64,000 nt of DNA from Octopus sinensis (GCF_006345805.1 NC_042999.1:110050001-110114000), one strand, 5' to 3'. Counted from the stretch's first letter, positions 29,400 to 41,829 are shown. The notes: a model not told the origin generated them from the letters alone. Numbers and translations: made by a program.

Positions 29400-30404
29400 G
29401 CAGAAGGTGATTTATTCAATCAGTGATATGATTACCGTTTCGTTCCAGTATCTTCTGCCATCTTTTGGACAAACCCTTTATTACCTGCTCAAAGAATTTC
29501 CTGTGCTTACTGATGAAAACTCTTCTAGGCGAATTTTTACAACTTCTTCAGAGTGTCTGTACATTCAATGAATTTTGAAGTGACCGAAACAGGTGGAAAT
29601 TTGAAGGCGCAAGGTCGGGTAAGTATGGATGATGTGGTAAAACTTCCAAACCAAGCCCCAGTAATTTCTGCCGCGTCTGCAAGGAAGTGTGCAGTCTGAC
29701 GTTGTCGTGATGAAAGACAATGCCATTATAATTAGTAATTACTGGACACTTGTGGTGGCCCGTTGCATTTAATTGATTTAGTCAGTCACATTACCAATCC
29801 AAATTGTTGGTTCTGTTTCTGGGAAGCTTCTCATAACAGACAACACCATTCAATCGATGTGGGACTCGAACATCAAGTCTGCTGAAATAACCAAGTCGAT
29901 GCAGATGGTTTTCAACACTCGATATGGATAATTGGAGAATATCTACGATCATCTTGGTCGTATAATGGGAACTGGTGTCGACTAAGTCCTTCATTTATCG
30001 CTGTTAATCTCATTTGGCCAGCCAGAGGGCGGTGCATCTTGAACCGAAAAATTTCCCGATCGAAATCTTGTAAACCACTTCTGACACAGACGTTCCGTAA
30101 TAGCATGCTCTCCGTTCATAGCGCAAATGTCCCTGAAGGTTTTCTTCGCTTTCTTACCTTTTTTAAAAAATATAAGATAAAGCATGAGGTGCCTATAATA
30201 TTGGTTTTGGATCTCCATTTTCAAGGTGATCTCAAGCGCATTAAATACAACCTGTCTCGTCACAAGTTCGCGACGAACAATATTGAAGAGTCAAGTACAA
30301 AAAGAATGCGCACGCGCAAAGGACAGACTGAAGTTAGCTACTTATTAGAGTGCTTGAAATTTAGTGTTAACAAAACCCGTACGAACTTATCGGCCAATCC
30401 AATA
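29400..30404 (-). mobile_element. Mariner transposon relic (pseudogenised, internally deleted transposase)
   Basis: N-terminal HTH ...ITERLCQKWFTRFRSGNFSVQDAPPSG, VRVPHRL (WVPHEL-like), GIVFHHDNVR, HPYLPDLAPSNFHLFRSLQ (YSPDLAPSD-like); 5' TIR ttggattggccgataagttcgt next to TA at 30403-30404. Confidence 0.92.
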
Positions 30405-30849
30405 CATATACATACACACACCACACACACACGCATGTACGCACCCACGCACACACACACGCACACACACACACATACACACACACACATGCGTATGTAG
30501 TTATACGCCAGAACGCCGGCATAATGGAATGGTAAGATTTCACTACGCAAGCACATCCAAAAATGGTGCATGTTTGGGCTTCTGATTTTTGGGGCAGCTT
30601 GGAGTTGCACCAAGCCGTAGAACGGATTCGAAACAGTCTGAAATTGTTTAGAAGCAATCGTTGTAAGACACTGTTGTGTCGACTCTCTTTCAGTATTGCA
30701 TTATCGCTAGAACTGCAAACATGCTTCTATTGGTCGTATAATAGGAACAATCATCCTTAATGTCGATCCTTATAACACATACACACATATGTTTAGACAC
30801 ACCGGCACACAGTCGTATGTAGTGATCTCTTGAGCACCACCACCTCAAA

Positions 30850-31036
30850 TATTTTTTCCTCTGTCTTCCCTTCTTGGGATCTTTCCTTCTCCTTGTTTCC
30901 GACGAAGAGCTCCGCTCGAAACGTTAAACCCTCCTTCCCTTCTTTCCTGAGCGTCAATAATACTTTAATTGTTCCACGTCCTGCGTTGCTGTGTTGTTTT
31001 TCTCTTTTTTTCTGTGTTTTCTTGTTTGGATTAACT
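30850..31036 (+). mobile_element. Short Penelope-like repeat with minimal hammerhead-like motif (30895-30929)
   Basis: gttt-CCGACGA-agagc tcc gctc-GAAAC-GTT-aaac. Confidence 0.6.
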
Positions 31037-31117
31037 ACATATATACATACATATATACATACATATATATATGCATATATATATATATGTATATACAGAC
31101 ATATATATATACATATA

Positions 31118-31189
<72 letters not shown>

Positions 31190-31746
31190 TATATATATAT
31201 ACATATACATTACGTATAAGATTGGTTGTGTGTAACATTTTCATTAACTTGGTCCAACCCGAATTTAGGTACAAAAAAGGTGCTTAGAATCGTGTCAGAT
31301 GAATTCTACGTGTAATTCAAAGTGTTAACCTTTGAATCTTTCTCAGAATTACGTTTAGTATACAAGTTTTTATCTATCCAAATATTCACATATACGCATG
31401 CAGGCGGATTAAGGAAAAACATGTACACACGCGCACACACATGCACAAGCACACGCAAAGCGCAGCTACACCCGTGTGTTTAAGTTCTTGACAAACTGGT
31501 GACATAGCCAATCGTTAAAATACAGATGAATAAAAGATTATCGCATTGAAATAGTACTGGAGTTGCTACGACCAGCTAAATGTTCTGATGGTGGTGTGAT
31601 GCCATGCGCGCATTGTGACTTTAAACAGTAAAATTAATGCACACACCAATACATATTAGGTAATGAGGAAAACAGGAAACAAGACGGGAGGAACAAATTT
31701 TGACAATTATGTTATTAGTTTAAGGCTTAAACGGAAGGGAGAGTCT

Positions 31747-31774
31747 GACGTTTCGGATCCTAGTCCTTCATCAG
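31747..31774 (-). ncRNA. Minimal type I hammerhead ribozyme core in a Penelope-like repeat (~31660-31870)
   Basis: Minus strand CTGATGA-agga ctagga tcc-GAAAC-GTC: canonical core and GUC site, but stem I is weak. Confidence 0.6.
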
Positions 31775-32149
31775 AATAAAAAAGAGACAAAACAGAAAAT
31801 AGGAAAAATAGAGGAGGAAAGATGATGAAAAAGAAAGAAAGAGGGAAGGAAAGAAGGAAGAAAAGTGTAGGGAGCCGGGTGCGTATGCGGTTCTATGGAG
31901 GAGATGTGTACTTCTAATTATATATATATATTCGTCTGTGTATTATTGATATAAATACACCCACACAGATATATATATGTATGTATGTACGTATGTATGT
32001 ATGTATGTATGTATGTATGTATGTATGTGTGTATGTTGTATGTATTATGTATGTATGTATGTATGTATGTATGTATGTATGTATGTATTATGTATGTATG
32101 CACAAACAAACACAAACATATATGCATTCATTGAGTCATACATACGCAC

Positions 32150-32425
32150 CATCAAAATCCAGGAAAATGTGAACGTTTATAGTAAATTAATACCTAATTT
32201 ATAGCTCATATACTCTGACTATAAATCCTCATTTGTACCCATCATCATAGGTGCATTAGGCTATGTAACAACAGCTTTTCACAAAAAAAAAAAAAAAAAA
32301 AGAAAGGAATTACTAGGTTTTACCGGATAAAGAGCATAAGAAACTGACCCGGATTTTTCAAATCTAATCTATTAGCGGAACAATGAAGAGTTGTAAGACA
32401 TTTCAAAGATTCTCCATCTGAGCGT
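32150..32425 (+). mobile_element. 3' end of an R4/NeSL-type (restriction-like endonuclease) non-LTR retrotransposon, decayed
   Basis: Translation ...YSKLIPNL*LIYSDYKSSFVPIIIGALGYV...LLGF; PIIIGALG is typical of RLE C-termini. Confidence 0.7.
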
Positions 32426-32865
32426 CTTAGGATGAATAGATGCACACACTTCGATGTGTGCTTCGACAGCTCAAGTAACACGCCAATTCAACCATATATT
32501 TACAAACAGAGGGAACTCTTTTAACTAAAAAAACATTTTATCGTTTTGTTAGCAATCGACTTAAACTCTTTTAAGAACTTAAATAAATACATTACAGAAG
32601 TTACACACATACACACACATACATAGAATATACCGTACACAGTAGAACATTAGTTTGTCACTTGCGTTGTCTGTCAAGTAATACCAGCGTATGTTAGTCT
32701 CAGTGGTGTAGTAGAATCATCATAGAATGTTTTAAATGCAAAGAAGCTAATGTAGAAAAAAATAATAACAACTAGAGTGACATCAAACTGATGTCATGCA
32801 AAGTAGCTGCGAATTATGAATAAAAACAGCTTAGATATGAGCTTCTGTTTGGATTTGATCCAAAC

Positions 32866-33180
32866 GATCATGCGGCCCAGCGTCCAGAGAGTGAGCTGAT
32901 TCACGATGTCCTCCTCCCACCTCCACTTTCCAGCTGGCGCAAACGCACGGGCGGACAGCTGAAGACCTGGGCAACGACGATAAAGGAGGACCTCTCCGAA
33001 CTCTCAGGTCCGCAGGTGGTCTGTCTGTGCAGATGGTACCGCGAATGGCTCGCTATCTCCAGTGACCTCGCACAGGACCGTCGAGCGTAGGCGGCCATGG
33101 TTCGTAATGCCGTTAGGACCAGGTAAGAAGCCGGTTCAACCCAACCTGGGTGAACGCCGTCACAAGTATAAGTAAGTAAA
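32866..33180 (+). mobile_element. 5'-truncated RTE-clade LINE 3' end
   Basis: HAAQRPESELIHDVLLPPPLSSWRKRTGGQLKTWATTIKEDL...LAQDRRA*; ends in a caagtataagtaagtaa tail. Confidence 0.8.
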
Positions 33181-33224
33181 CGATCTATCACTGACGTTTT
33201 CATGCTAGTGTAACAACTATAGAA

Positions 33225-33600
33225 GATGTGTGCATAGAACAAGCCACTATACTGAGCATTTGTTGACTTTGAAAAGGCACCTTCTGTAACCCGAAAGTCA
33301 TTAAAAAAAACTACGCGTAGACGAATAGTATATAAGGACTGTACAAGCTGTGCACAGACACAATCAACAAGTTGGATGTTAGCGATGGATGTTAGCGAGG
33401 AATTTGGTATTCATCCAGGTTCAGTTCTCAGTTCCCTTTTGTTTATAGTCTTTCAGAACAAAGTGGAAGTGTTTAAAGCCGGCTGTCTTTGGGGGCTTCT
33501 GTAAGCAGCCAACCGAGGTCTGAGAGCCGAATCTATTGAAGAATTAAATAAAATATATTTAAACGTGAATGCAAAGTTTAGGATCGAGAGGTTTTAATGT
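33225..33600 (+). mobile_element. RTE/RTE-X reverse transcriptase relic
   Basis: PLY.AFVDFEKA, GIHPGSVLSSLLF and GCLWGLL*AA (degraded ELLYADD). Confidence 0.75.
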
Positions 33601-34049
33601 TATCTATCAAAACAAAAGTTTTAGTTTGCTGGAAAGAAAAACGAACTCTGCTGTCATATATGCTGTGTGAGTGTGTGCGCGTGTGCGTTTGAGTATAACG
33701 TGTATGTAGAAATTCATTAAAATGTCCCAATATAAACTATGGATGTACAAGAAATTCTGTGAAATAATTAGCCGGTTCACGGAGGAGGATTTTATATGTA
33801 GATGTTCGGAATTAGTTAGCATTAAGAGCTCCACCGAAACATATCCATTCAAACGTACGAAGTATTACTTAGATAGGAGTTAATAGTTACCGAAGGGACC
33901 TAAAAGCGAGTCAAAGCACAAGGGAAAAACTGGAGAAACCTGATGTCAAACAATTAATGCTCTCAAACAAAATTACAAACGAACGCAGCAAGACAATGCG
34001 ATGTGTAAAACCCTGAATAGCCCACAAAGCCAGTAAAAAAAAAACGAAG

Positions 34050-34113
<64 letters not shown>

Positions 34114-34115
34114 TA

Positions 34116-34292
34116 ATTTAATGTAGACAGCATTAAAATGAGAGCTGCTAATAGTTTCTTGTCATAGAGACACTGAGATTATAAAGATTTATATGACGTG
34201 CCTAGCCACGCTATATAAATCTGCTTCATTTCAGTATCATTATGACTAGAAACTATTTCTAGCTCTTATTTTAAATGCTGTCTACATTAAAT
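34116..34292. repeat. Imperfect foldback, ~85 bp arms with a 6 nt loop
   Basis: atttaatgtagacagcatt...atatgacgtg / cacgctatata...aatgctgtctacattaaat. Confidence 0.9.
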
Positions 34293-34547
34293 GATAGTTA
34301 TCTCTCATTGAATGGAGTATATTTTGTTGATCCTACGTTAATGAAACAGTAAACTATACATACATACATACATACATACATACATACATACATACATACA
34401 TACATACATACATACATACACACATATCTATATCTATATCTATCTATCTATAATGTATATAATAAAGGGTAGAATTAATTAATAATTAATAATTAATAAT
34501 TTTACCAAGTCGTTCGGTAAGTTAAAAGAACCATTATCGGTAACCTT

Positions 34548-34747
34548 ATACAAAAATTCTATAATTATAAGCATAATTATAATTAGGGTTCAGCAAAAAT
34601 TGCTTCACCAAATACCGAAATTTAGAAATAGCAGTTGAATACTAGTGGAATAATATTTAACTGCTATTTCTAAATTTCGGTATGTGGTGAAGCAATTTTT
34701 ACTGAACCCTAATTATAATTATGCTTATAATTATAGAATTTTTGTAT
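34548..34747. repeat. Near-perfect foldback, 94 bp arms, 12 nt loop, 3 mismatches
   Basis: Arms 34548-34641 and 34654-34747 are reverse complements. Confidence 0.95.
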
Positions 34748-34764
34748 GTATGTATATATATATT

Positions 34765-34975
34765 CCAACCAGTCGCCACCGCCAAGTTTGATCGCTAAAT
34801 CCACAAGCTTTTTTTTTTATTCTCTCTCTGTTTATTTTCTTTTATTCCTTTCTGTTGAAGAGCATAGGCTCGAAACATAAAAGTCTTTCTCACTTTCCCG
34901 AGCGTCAAACTAATACACCTGTTTGTTGTTCATATACCTGTCTTCGTCTTTTGTTTTCTTGTAAATTTCAACTAT
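34765..34975 (+). mobile_element. Short Penelope-like repeat with hammerhead-like motif (34848-34883)
   Basis: cttt-CTGTTGA-agagc atag gctc-GAAAC-ATA-aaag; reverse-complement homologue of 36325 and 40188. Confidence 0.65.
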
Positions 34976-35149
34976 ATATATGTGTCACACACACACACAC
35001 ACTTTTCGGACGATTCAGAACCCTGTTAGTGTATGCTTTTTTTAAGGTGCGTTAATTAGAGAACTAGAGCTTTTAAGCTCTTATTTCTATCACTGTAGGT
35101 GTTTCTTAACACCCTAGTCACATTTAGTGATATATATGCATGTATGTAT

Positions 35150-35366
35150 TCTTTTATTCTTTTACTTGTTTCAGTCAGTGAGTGTGGCCATGCTGGAGCA
35201 CCACCTTCAGCCGAGCAAATCGACCCCAGGACTTATTCTTTGTAAGCCTATTACTTATTCTATCGGTCTCTTTTACCGAACCGCTAAGTTACGGGGACGT
35301 AAACACACCAGCATCGGTTGTCAAGCGATGTCGAGGGGTGGGGTGGACAAACACACATACACACAA

Positions 35367-35436
<70 letters not shown>

Positions 35437-35600
35437 GCCGAGCTTCTTTCAGTTTCCGTCTACCAAATACACTCACAAGGCTTTGGTCGGCCCGAGGCTA
35501 TAGTAGAAGACACTTGTCCAAGGTGCCACGCAGTGGGACTGAACCCAGAACCATGTGGCTGGTAAGCAAGCTACTTGCCACACAGCCACTCCTGCGCCTA
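35150..35600 (-). mobile_element. SINE family A, full length
   Basis: Reverse complement of the 40376 copy. Confidence 0.92.
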
Positions 35601-36074
35601 TATTGAAATAATGTGGTTATTAGCTTTACTTTTATAATAAACTACGGAAGACGGTAGGAATTATAATTTTTTATGACTTAATAGAGTTGTCGCTGTTTAA
35701 TTACGTATTTAGGAGAGGTTCTAATGTACTTACGGAATTTATTTATCGATCCAGTTGTACATTGAGTAAAGGTGTTTGAAAGTTGTGGTTTCTTTGGCTT
35801 ATTTGTTCCCAAACAACACTTATTTTAGTGTTGTTGACACCGCCGGATTAAATGGTACTGCCTAGGTGTCGAAACCATAATGATATTCGTGGGGCAGCTG
35901 ATGATGGGGGTATGTTGGATTGTTGGTATGGCTGTGGAATAGTATTATAACACATCCTTTTGATATATATTATCATTATTATTATTTTTTAGTGATATAA
36001 TCATTTTAGTGAGTATAGCCTCAATTTCTACGTATATATGTGTGTGTGTGTGTATGTGTATGTATTAATGTATT

Positions 36075-36283
36075 TGTGTCTGTGTCTGTCCTCTTACCAC
36101 CGCTTCACAACCAGTGTTGGTGCGTTTAAGTCGATGTAATATAGCGGTTCTGCATGATAGACCGATAGAATAAGGAGTAGGCTCTAAAATAAGTCCTGAA
36201 GTCGATTTGTTTGACTAAACACTACAAGGAGGTGCTCCAGTAAGGTCGCAGTCAAATAACTAAAAAAGGCAAAAGAATAAAGA
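36075..36283 (+). mobile_element. SINE family A, tail half only
   Basis: accaccgcttcacaaccagtgttgg...agaccgatagaataag...aggaggtgctccag. Confidence 0.8.
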
Positions 36284-36285
36284 AT

Positions 36286-36322
<37 letters not shown>

Positions 36323-36324
36323 TA

Positions 36325-36515
36325 TGGAGAGTTTACGAAAAAAACAAAAGACGAAGACAGGTGGTGTACAAAACAAACAGATGTATTAGTATAACGCTCA
36401 GGAATAGAAAGTGGTCTTTTACGTTTCGAGCCTACGCTCTTCTACAGCAAGGGACACTGAAAAAACAAGGAGAGAAAAAAATGTGTGTGGTGGCTAACGA
36501 TCTATCATGGCGACT
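36325..36515 (-). mobile_element. Short Penelope-like repeat with hammerhead-like motif (36416-36451)
   Basis: Minus strand cttg-CTGTAGA-agagc gtag gctc-GAAAC-GTA-aaag. Confidence 0.65.
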
Positions 36516-36897
36516 ATCATATATCTATCATATATATATATATATATGACCGCGTGTGTGGTAGTCTTTTTAATCATTCTATTGGCGGCACCTTCATAGT
36601 TTCGACAAATGTACGGCATTTTGAATCTGGTGAAGAAGCCATATGACTGGTATGTGTATATGTATATGCATATATCAATTTATATATTACATTTGTAAAA
36701 TGTATAAATTTGCATATAAAATATGTATATACGTATATGATATATTTACACATATGAAAATATTCACTCACACACATACATATCAATATATATATATATA
36801 TGAAAAATGTGTGTGTATATATATATATATAATATATATTGCACACACATTAAATATAGTTGTACATGGTGTATATCTATGTATATTATACATTTAT

Positions 36898-36967
<70 letters not shown>

Positions 36968-37011
36968 ATCGAATATAATATAATTACACAAGCGCAAGCA
37001 CAGCTGTGCAT

Positions 37012-37335
37012 TGGCGCAGATATGGCTATGTGGTTAAGCCGACCAATGGCAAGTGAATAAATTTGGTAGACAAAATGTGTGGAAGCCCGTCGTCTGTGTG
37101 TGTGTGCATGTGTGTGTGTGTGTGTGTGCGTATGTGTGTGTGTGTGTGTGAGTGTGTGTGTGTATGCTCCTCTGAGTATTTGGGCCTGTGATGTGTTTGT
37201 CTCCCCACCGAACTGCTTGATAGCGGGTTTTGATTTGTTTACACCCCTGTGACCTAGCGATTCAGCTAAAAAACTGATAAAATACGTAGCGGACTCAAAA
37301 GTAAATACTGGAGTCAATTTTCTCGACTAAATCCT
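37012..37335 (+). mobile_element. SINE family A, deleted and diverged
   Basis: ggcgcagatatggctatgtggttaag joined to ccgaccaa...tttggtagac; tail motifs present. Confidence 0.7.
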
Positions 37336-37366
37336 ACCCCAACACCTAAAAAATTATATAAATGAC

Positions 37367-37423
<57 letters not shown>

Positions 37424-37493
37424 CATACATACATGCATGCATGCATGCATGCATACATACATACATACATACATACATACATACATACATACA

Positions 37494-37526
<33 letters not shown>

Positions 37527-37639
37527 TTATGTATGTTACACATACTTCATCCACACACGACCCTCCACACGCATATATTAACACATGCATATTCTCATAG
37601 TCAGAGTGCTCTGTTAGCCCACCACCACTAAACACCAAT

Positions 37640-39560
37640 ATCAATCGAAACTCAAAGAGTACAGAATACTAGGTGGCAATATATAAAAATGAATCTCCAA
37701 ATCTATACAGAAGCCCGAGTATTTGGCCCAGTATGAACATCCATCTTACTACAGACAACACCAATATCCTGACAAATCGGCAATTGTCTTCGTAATTTAG
37801 AGAGATTTTTTTTTTTTTTTTTTCGTTGTTGACTCGGGATTCAATAACAGTAGGCTTATTGAAAAATGTACCATATAATTCCAAACGACTATGGAAGTAA
37901 ATCATTTCGAGTATTTGAAAATATGAAAATGTATATGATATCAGAAAACCTAAATCCGAATAGCATCCCTCTCGAATTACTGGAACATGGCGGTCTGTGA
38001 TCCTGAAATTATGAGAAGACAGCCGATTCCCCAAAGAATTTTTAAATAGTTATCACCATCTTCAGGAAAAGAGATCTAAATCTTGTAGTAATTCTTTCTG
38101 AATAACATTGCTTTCTGTCGCACAGGAAAAAATTTGCAAGAGTATTTCTAAACCGCCGCCAGATCATCAAAGGAAAAGTGTGTCTCGAATCTCAGTTCTG
38201 TTTTTGTGCCTGTCGCAGTACAGTTGACTATTTTCTGTGCAAAGCGGCTATAGGTTAAAGGAAGAAAACAACAAAATCTCTTCCTTGTCTTCTACGACCT
38301 GAGCATGATTTTGACAGCGTGTAAAATGATGCAACAAGTCTTCAACGTTTTTCAGGCCACGTCATCTCACTTGTTCGTGAGGGCGCGTGGCTTAGTGGTT
38401 AGGGCATTCGGCTCATGATCGTAAGGTTGTGAGTTCGATTCCCGGCGACGCGTTGTGTCCTTGAGCAAGACACTTTATTTCACGTTGCTCCAGTCCACTC
38501 AGCTGGCAAAAATGAGTTGTACTTGTATTTCAAAGGGTCAGCCTTGTCACTCTCTGTGTCACGCTGATTTTCCCCGAGAACTACGTTAAGGGTACACGTG
38601 TCTGTGGAATGCTCAGCCATTTGCACGTTAATTTCACGAGCAAGCTGTTCCGTTGATCGTATCAGCTGGGACCCTCGTCGTCGTAACCGGCGGAGTCTTT
38701 AGAAATCTCACTTGTTCAAGCCCTGCACCACGGTATATCAGGTTACATTTTTCGTTTCACCAAACTTCCTGAACATTTCTCAATTACTTGTGAATTGAAG
38801 CAAGGTTGTACCCTCGCAGCTAGGCTCTTTACTCTTATTAGTATGGTTTCTGAACCTCTTCCGAACAATCCAGGTGTTGACATAGGATACTGCTTTGATG
38901 GCAGGAGGGTATTTATCACAGGTATATTTCGAACGCATCAATTCACTAACATCGAATATATCACAGATTTCATAACTGCTCAGCGCATATGATTATCCCC
39001 AGAGTGGATATTTGGAAGACCGGGGTCCTTGCCCAACCAGTTCCAAAGATTAACCACCTTACTACTGAAAATGATAAGAAACATATAATTGAATTAGTTC
39101 ATTCAGCCTACTGAAAATTGACAAAACGAGGCTTTAATGACAAAAATCTATCCGAAAATGGCGAAACCGACGGTTCCTAAAGCTGTTGTAATCTCAGTAT
39201 TACTATAATGTTGTGAAACATGGACACATTATCGCCGGGATATTAAAAGCTGGAATTTTTTCCACCAAGAAAAGCTCTGCATCATTTTAAACATTAAATA
39301 TTTGGACTACATAACCAAGAATACTATCCAAGAAAAATTTACCTCTCGAAGGATTGAATCGCTGTATACGATGTTCAAGACGTGTGGTTAGAACGACAGA
39401 AAAGAGGATTCTTCAACAAATAAACCATCGTGGATGCATTTTCTGGCGTTATAGAAATCAGCTAAAGTCAACTCTGAAAATGGCAGGAAATGAGACAAAA
39501 ACGCGAGAAACTGAAGCTCATGATCATTCCAAGAGGCACCATCTTATCAGTACCGTTACT
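37640..39560 (+). mobile_element. RTE (BovB-like) LINE relic interrupted by a SINE
   Basis: LLSVAGKIFARVFLNR, ESQFCFCACRSTVD, FLVFYDLS..FDSV, LKQGCTLAARLF and VLL*CCETWTHYRRDIK match RTE reverse-transcriptase motifs, with stops and frameshifts. Confidence 0.85.
38377..38704 (+). mobile_element. tRNA-derived SINE family C1 (CORE/Meta-like central domain) with 13 bp TSD
   Basis: A box TGGCTTAGTGG, B box GTTCGATTCC; TSD atctcacttgttc at 38364-38376 and 38705-38717. Confidence 0.92.
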
Positions 39561-40138
39561 GGCCCTTTTGCAGTCAAATGAAAAGTCGAAAAAAATGTGT
39601 GTAGTGGCTACCGATCTATGCACGCGCAAGCACACACACATATTACTTGTTCATGAGTTTCAGCCGGTTGTCGGTGGTCATACTGGGGCACCACCATTAG
39701 CGTCATTTTTATTTCGTTTCACCATCTTTCCCTCTGTGTTTGATTTTCGGTGGATGCGTGAGTATGTTACCACTACCCATACTTCTTTGTCCTGCTTTCA
39801 TGTAGGTTGGTCTGGGATATCAGATTAAAAAAGAAAACGAATACCTAATGTATTCTTTAAAACTAATTACATCCGTGTAGCGTCGATCTCTTAATATTCT
39901 TGGTTAGGTAATGAAAGGTTGTGGGCTTCTGAACACTAAGCTTTTACAGAATCGGATTCTGTTCTAAATGGGGAGGGTAGTCTGGTATCATTGGTAGTTT
40001 ACTGTAGTCTCCAGTTCGGAGATCAGCGAGATGAGTCACTTTCAGCCTCTCTTTGCAGAACAGCTGTTGCATTGAGGCAAACTTGTTGGTGTAAAAGATT
40101 CATGTTCCGCCACTAGCTTAATCCCATTACTGAGAGCA

Positions 40139-40187
<49 letters not shown>

Positions 40188-40190
<3 letters not shown>

Positions 40191-40345
40191 AGAATTCACG
40201 AAAAAAGCAAAAAACGAAGACAGGTGATGTAGAAAACAAACAAATGTATTAGTATAACGCTCGGGAATTGAAAAAGTCTTTAACGTTTCGAGCCTACGCT
40301 CTTGCACAGAAAGGAACACAGAAAGAAACAAGGAGAGAAATGTAT
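40188..40345 (-). mobile_element. Short Penelope-like repeat with hammerhead-like motif (40278-40313)
   Basis: Minus strand cttt-CTGTGCA-agagc gtag gctc-GAAAC-GTT-aaag. Confidence 0.65.
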
Positions 40346-40375
40346 GTATGTATATATATAATATATATAATATAT

Positions 40376-40790
40376 AGGCGCAGGAGTGGCTGTGTGGTAG
40401 GTAGCTTGCTTATTAACTACATGGTTTCGGGTTCAGTCCCACTGCGTGGCATCTTGGGAAAATGTCTTCTACTATAGCCTCAGGCCGACCAAAGCCTTGT
40501 GAGTGTATTTGGTAGACGGAAACTGAAAGAAGCCTGTCGTATGTATATATATATATGTATGTGTCTGTGTTTGTCCCCCTAGCATTGCTTGACAACCGAT
40601 GCTGGTGTGTTTACGTCCCCGTCACTTCGCGGTTCGGCAAAAAGAGACCGATAGAATAAGTACTGGGCTTACAAAGAATAAGTCCCGGGGTCGATTTGCT
40701 CGACTAAAGGCGGTGCTCCAGCATGGCCGCAGTCAAATGACTGAAACAAGTAAAAAGTAAAAAAAGTAAAAAAAAGTAAAAAAAAGTATA
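40376..40790 (+). mobile_element. SINE family A, young full-length copy with (gtaaaaaaaa)n tail
   Basis: Intact CpGs and complete head and tail. Confidence 0.92.
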
Positions 40791-40926
40791 TATATATATA
40801 TATATATATATATCTGTAAAATAACTGTCACGTATTATTTTACAGATAAATTTCCTCTATTTACATAACATTGAGGTTTCTTTCTTTCTTTCGTTATCAT
40901 AGCGTTTTTACCAATATATATATATA

Positions 40927-40960
<34 letters not shown>

Positions 40961-40962
<2 letters not shown>

Positions 40963-41376
40963 TAAATGTAAGGATAAGCAAGTTACGCAAGTCGATATAC
41001 AAAAAATGTACGTATGTTTATATATAAAAAGGTCTGACTCACACAGAATAGAAATGATATCAGGAATAAAGGGGCTGTGTAAGAGTTTTACGAGTCCAAC
41101 AGCTGGGGGCTTTGGTGGTCCAAAATAATGATTGTAAATTGATTCCATCATCGGATAATACCGGCCTCCGACTTCAGGGAAGAAGTTTTACATTTGAGGT
41201 GTTGACAGAAAGGAGATTAAATATGGAGTAGTTTTGTGGAGAACTAAGTGTACGTGGAGAACTTACATTTCTATTCTGCGTTAAGTCGGACCTTTTTGTG
41301 TACATATTTTGTATAAAATGTATTTAATATTTTTTTGTATATCGACTTGCCAAACTTGCTTATCATTGCATTCACT
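40961..41376. repeat. Foldback element, ~95-110 bp diverged inverted arms around a ~210 bp spacer
   Basis: gataagcaagt..gcaagtcgatatacaaaaaa...aaaaaggtc.gact...cagaatagaaatg is mirrored at 41266-41376. Confidence 0.85.
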
Positions 41377-41514
41377 CCTGTACCTGCTCAAGTTTAAAAT
41401 TCTTGAGCACTATGAAGTGTATTCTATATGGAGAATATCTGCTTGTCTGTCTGTCTGTCTGTCTCTCTCTCTCCCTCTCTCACTCTCTCTATATAAATTT
41501 AAATGAAATAAGTA

Positions 41515-41583
41515 TTATTAATGTTATTATTATTATTATTATATTATTATTATTAATAATAATAATAATAATAATAATGATAA

Positions 41584-41676
<93 letters not shown>

Positions 41677-41702
41677 GAGTAATAATAATAATAATAATAA
41701 GA

Positions 41703-41745
<43 letters not shown>
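41515..41745. repeat. Alternating (TTA)n/(TAA)n trinucleotide array
   Basis: Visible directly. Confidence 0.95.
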
Positions 41746-41747
<2 letters not shown>

Positions 41748-41829
41748 TGGCTAGCAAGCTTACACCTTTGCAGGTAAAATAGAAACTAAATTCAGATTCA
41801 TCGCTCCAAAAATCCTTTTGAATCTGAAT

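Noticed and set aside
35127-35606. Recurrent ORFs containing STPGLILCKPSTYSIGLFC or GFGRPEAIVEDTC
   Set aside because: Antisense translations of SINE family A, not a gene family
38381-38455. tRNA gene
   Set aside because: A and B boxes are present but there is no full cloverleaf, and it continues into a SINE body with TSDs
41745-41779. Plus-strand ATG...TGC AG|GTAAAA mini-exon-like motif
   Set aside because: Weak donor, emerges from a (TAA)n array, opposite strand; shows that such motifs occur by chance
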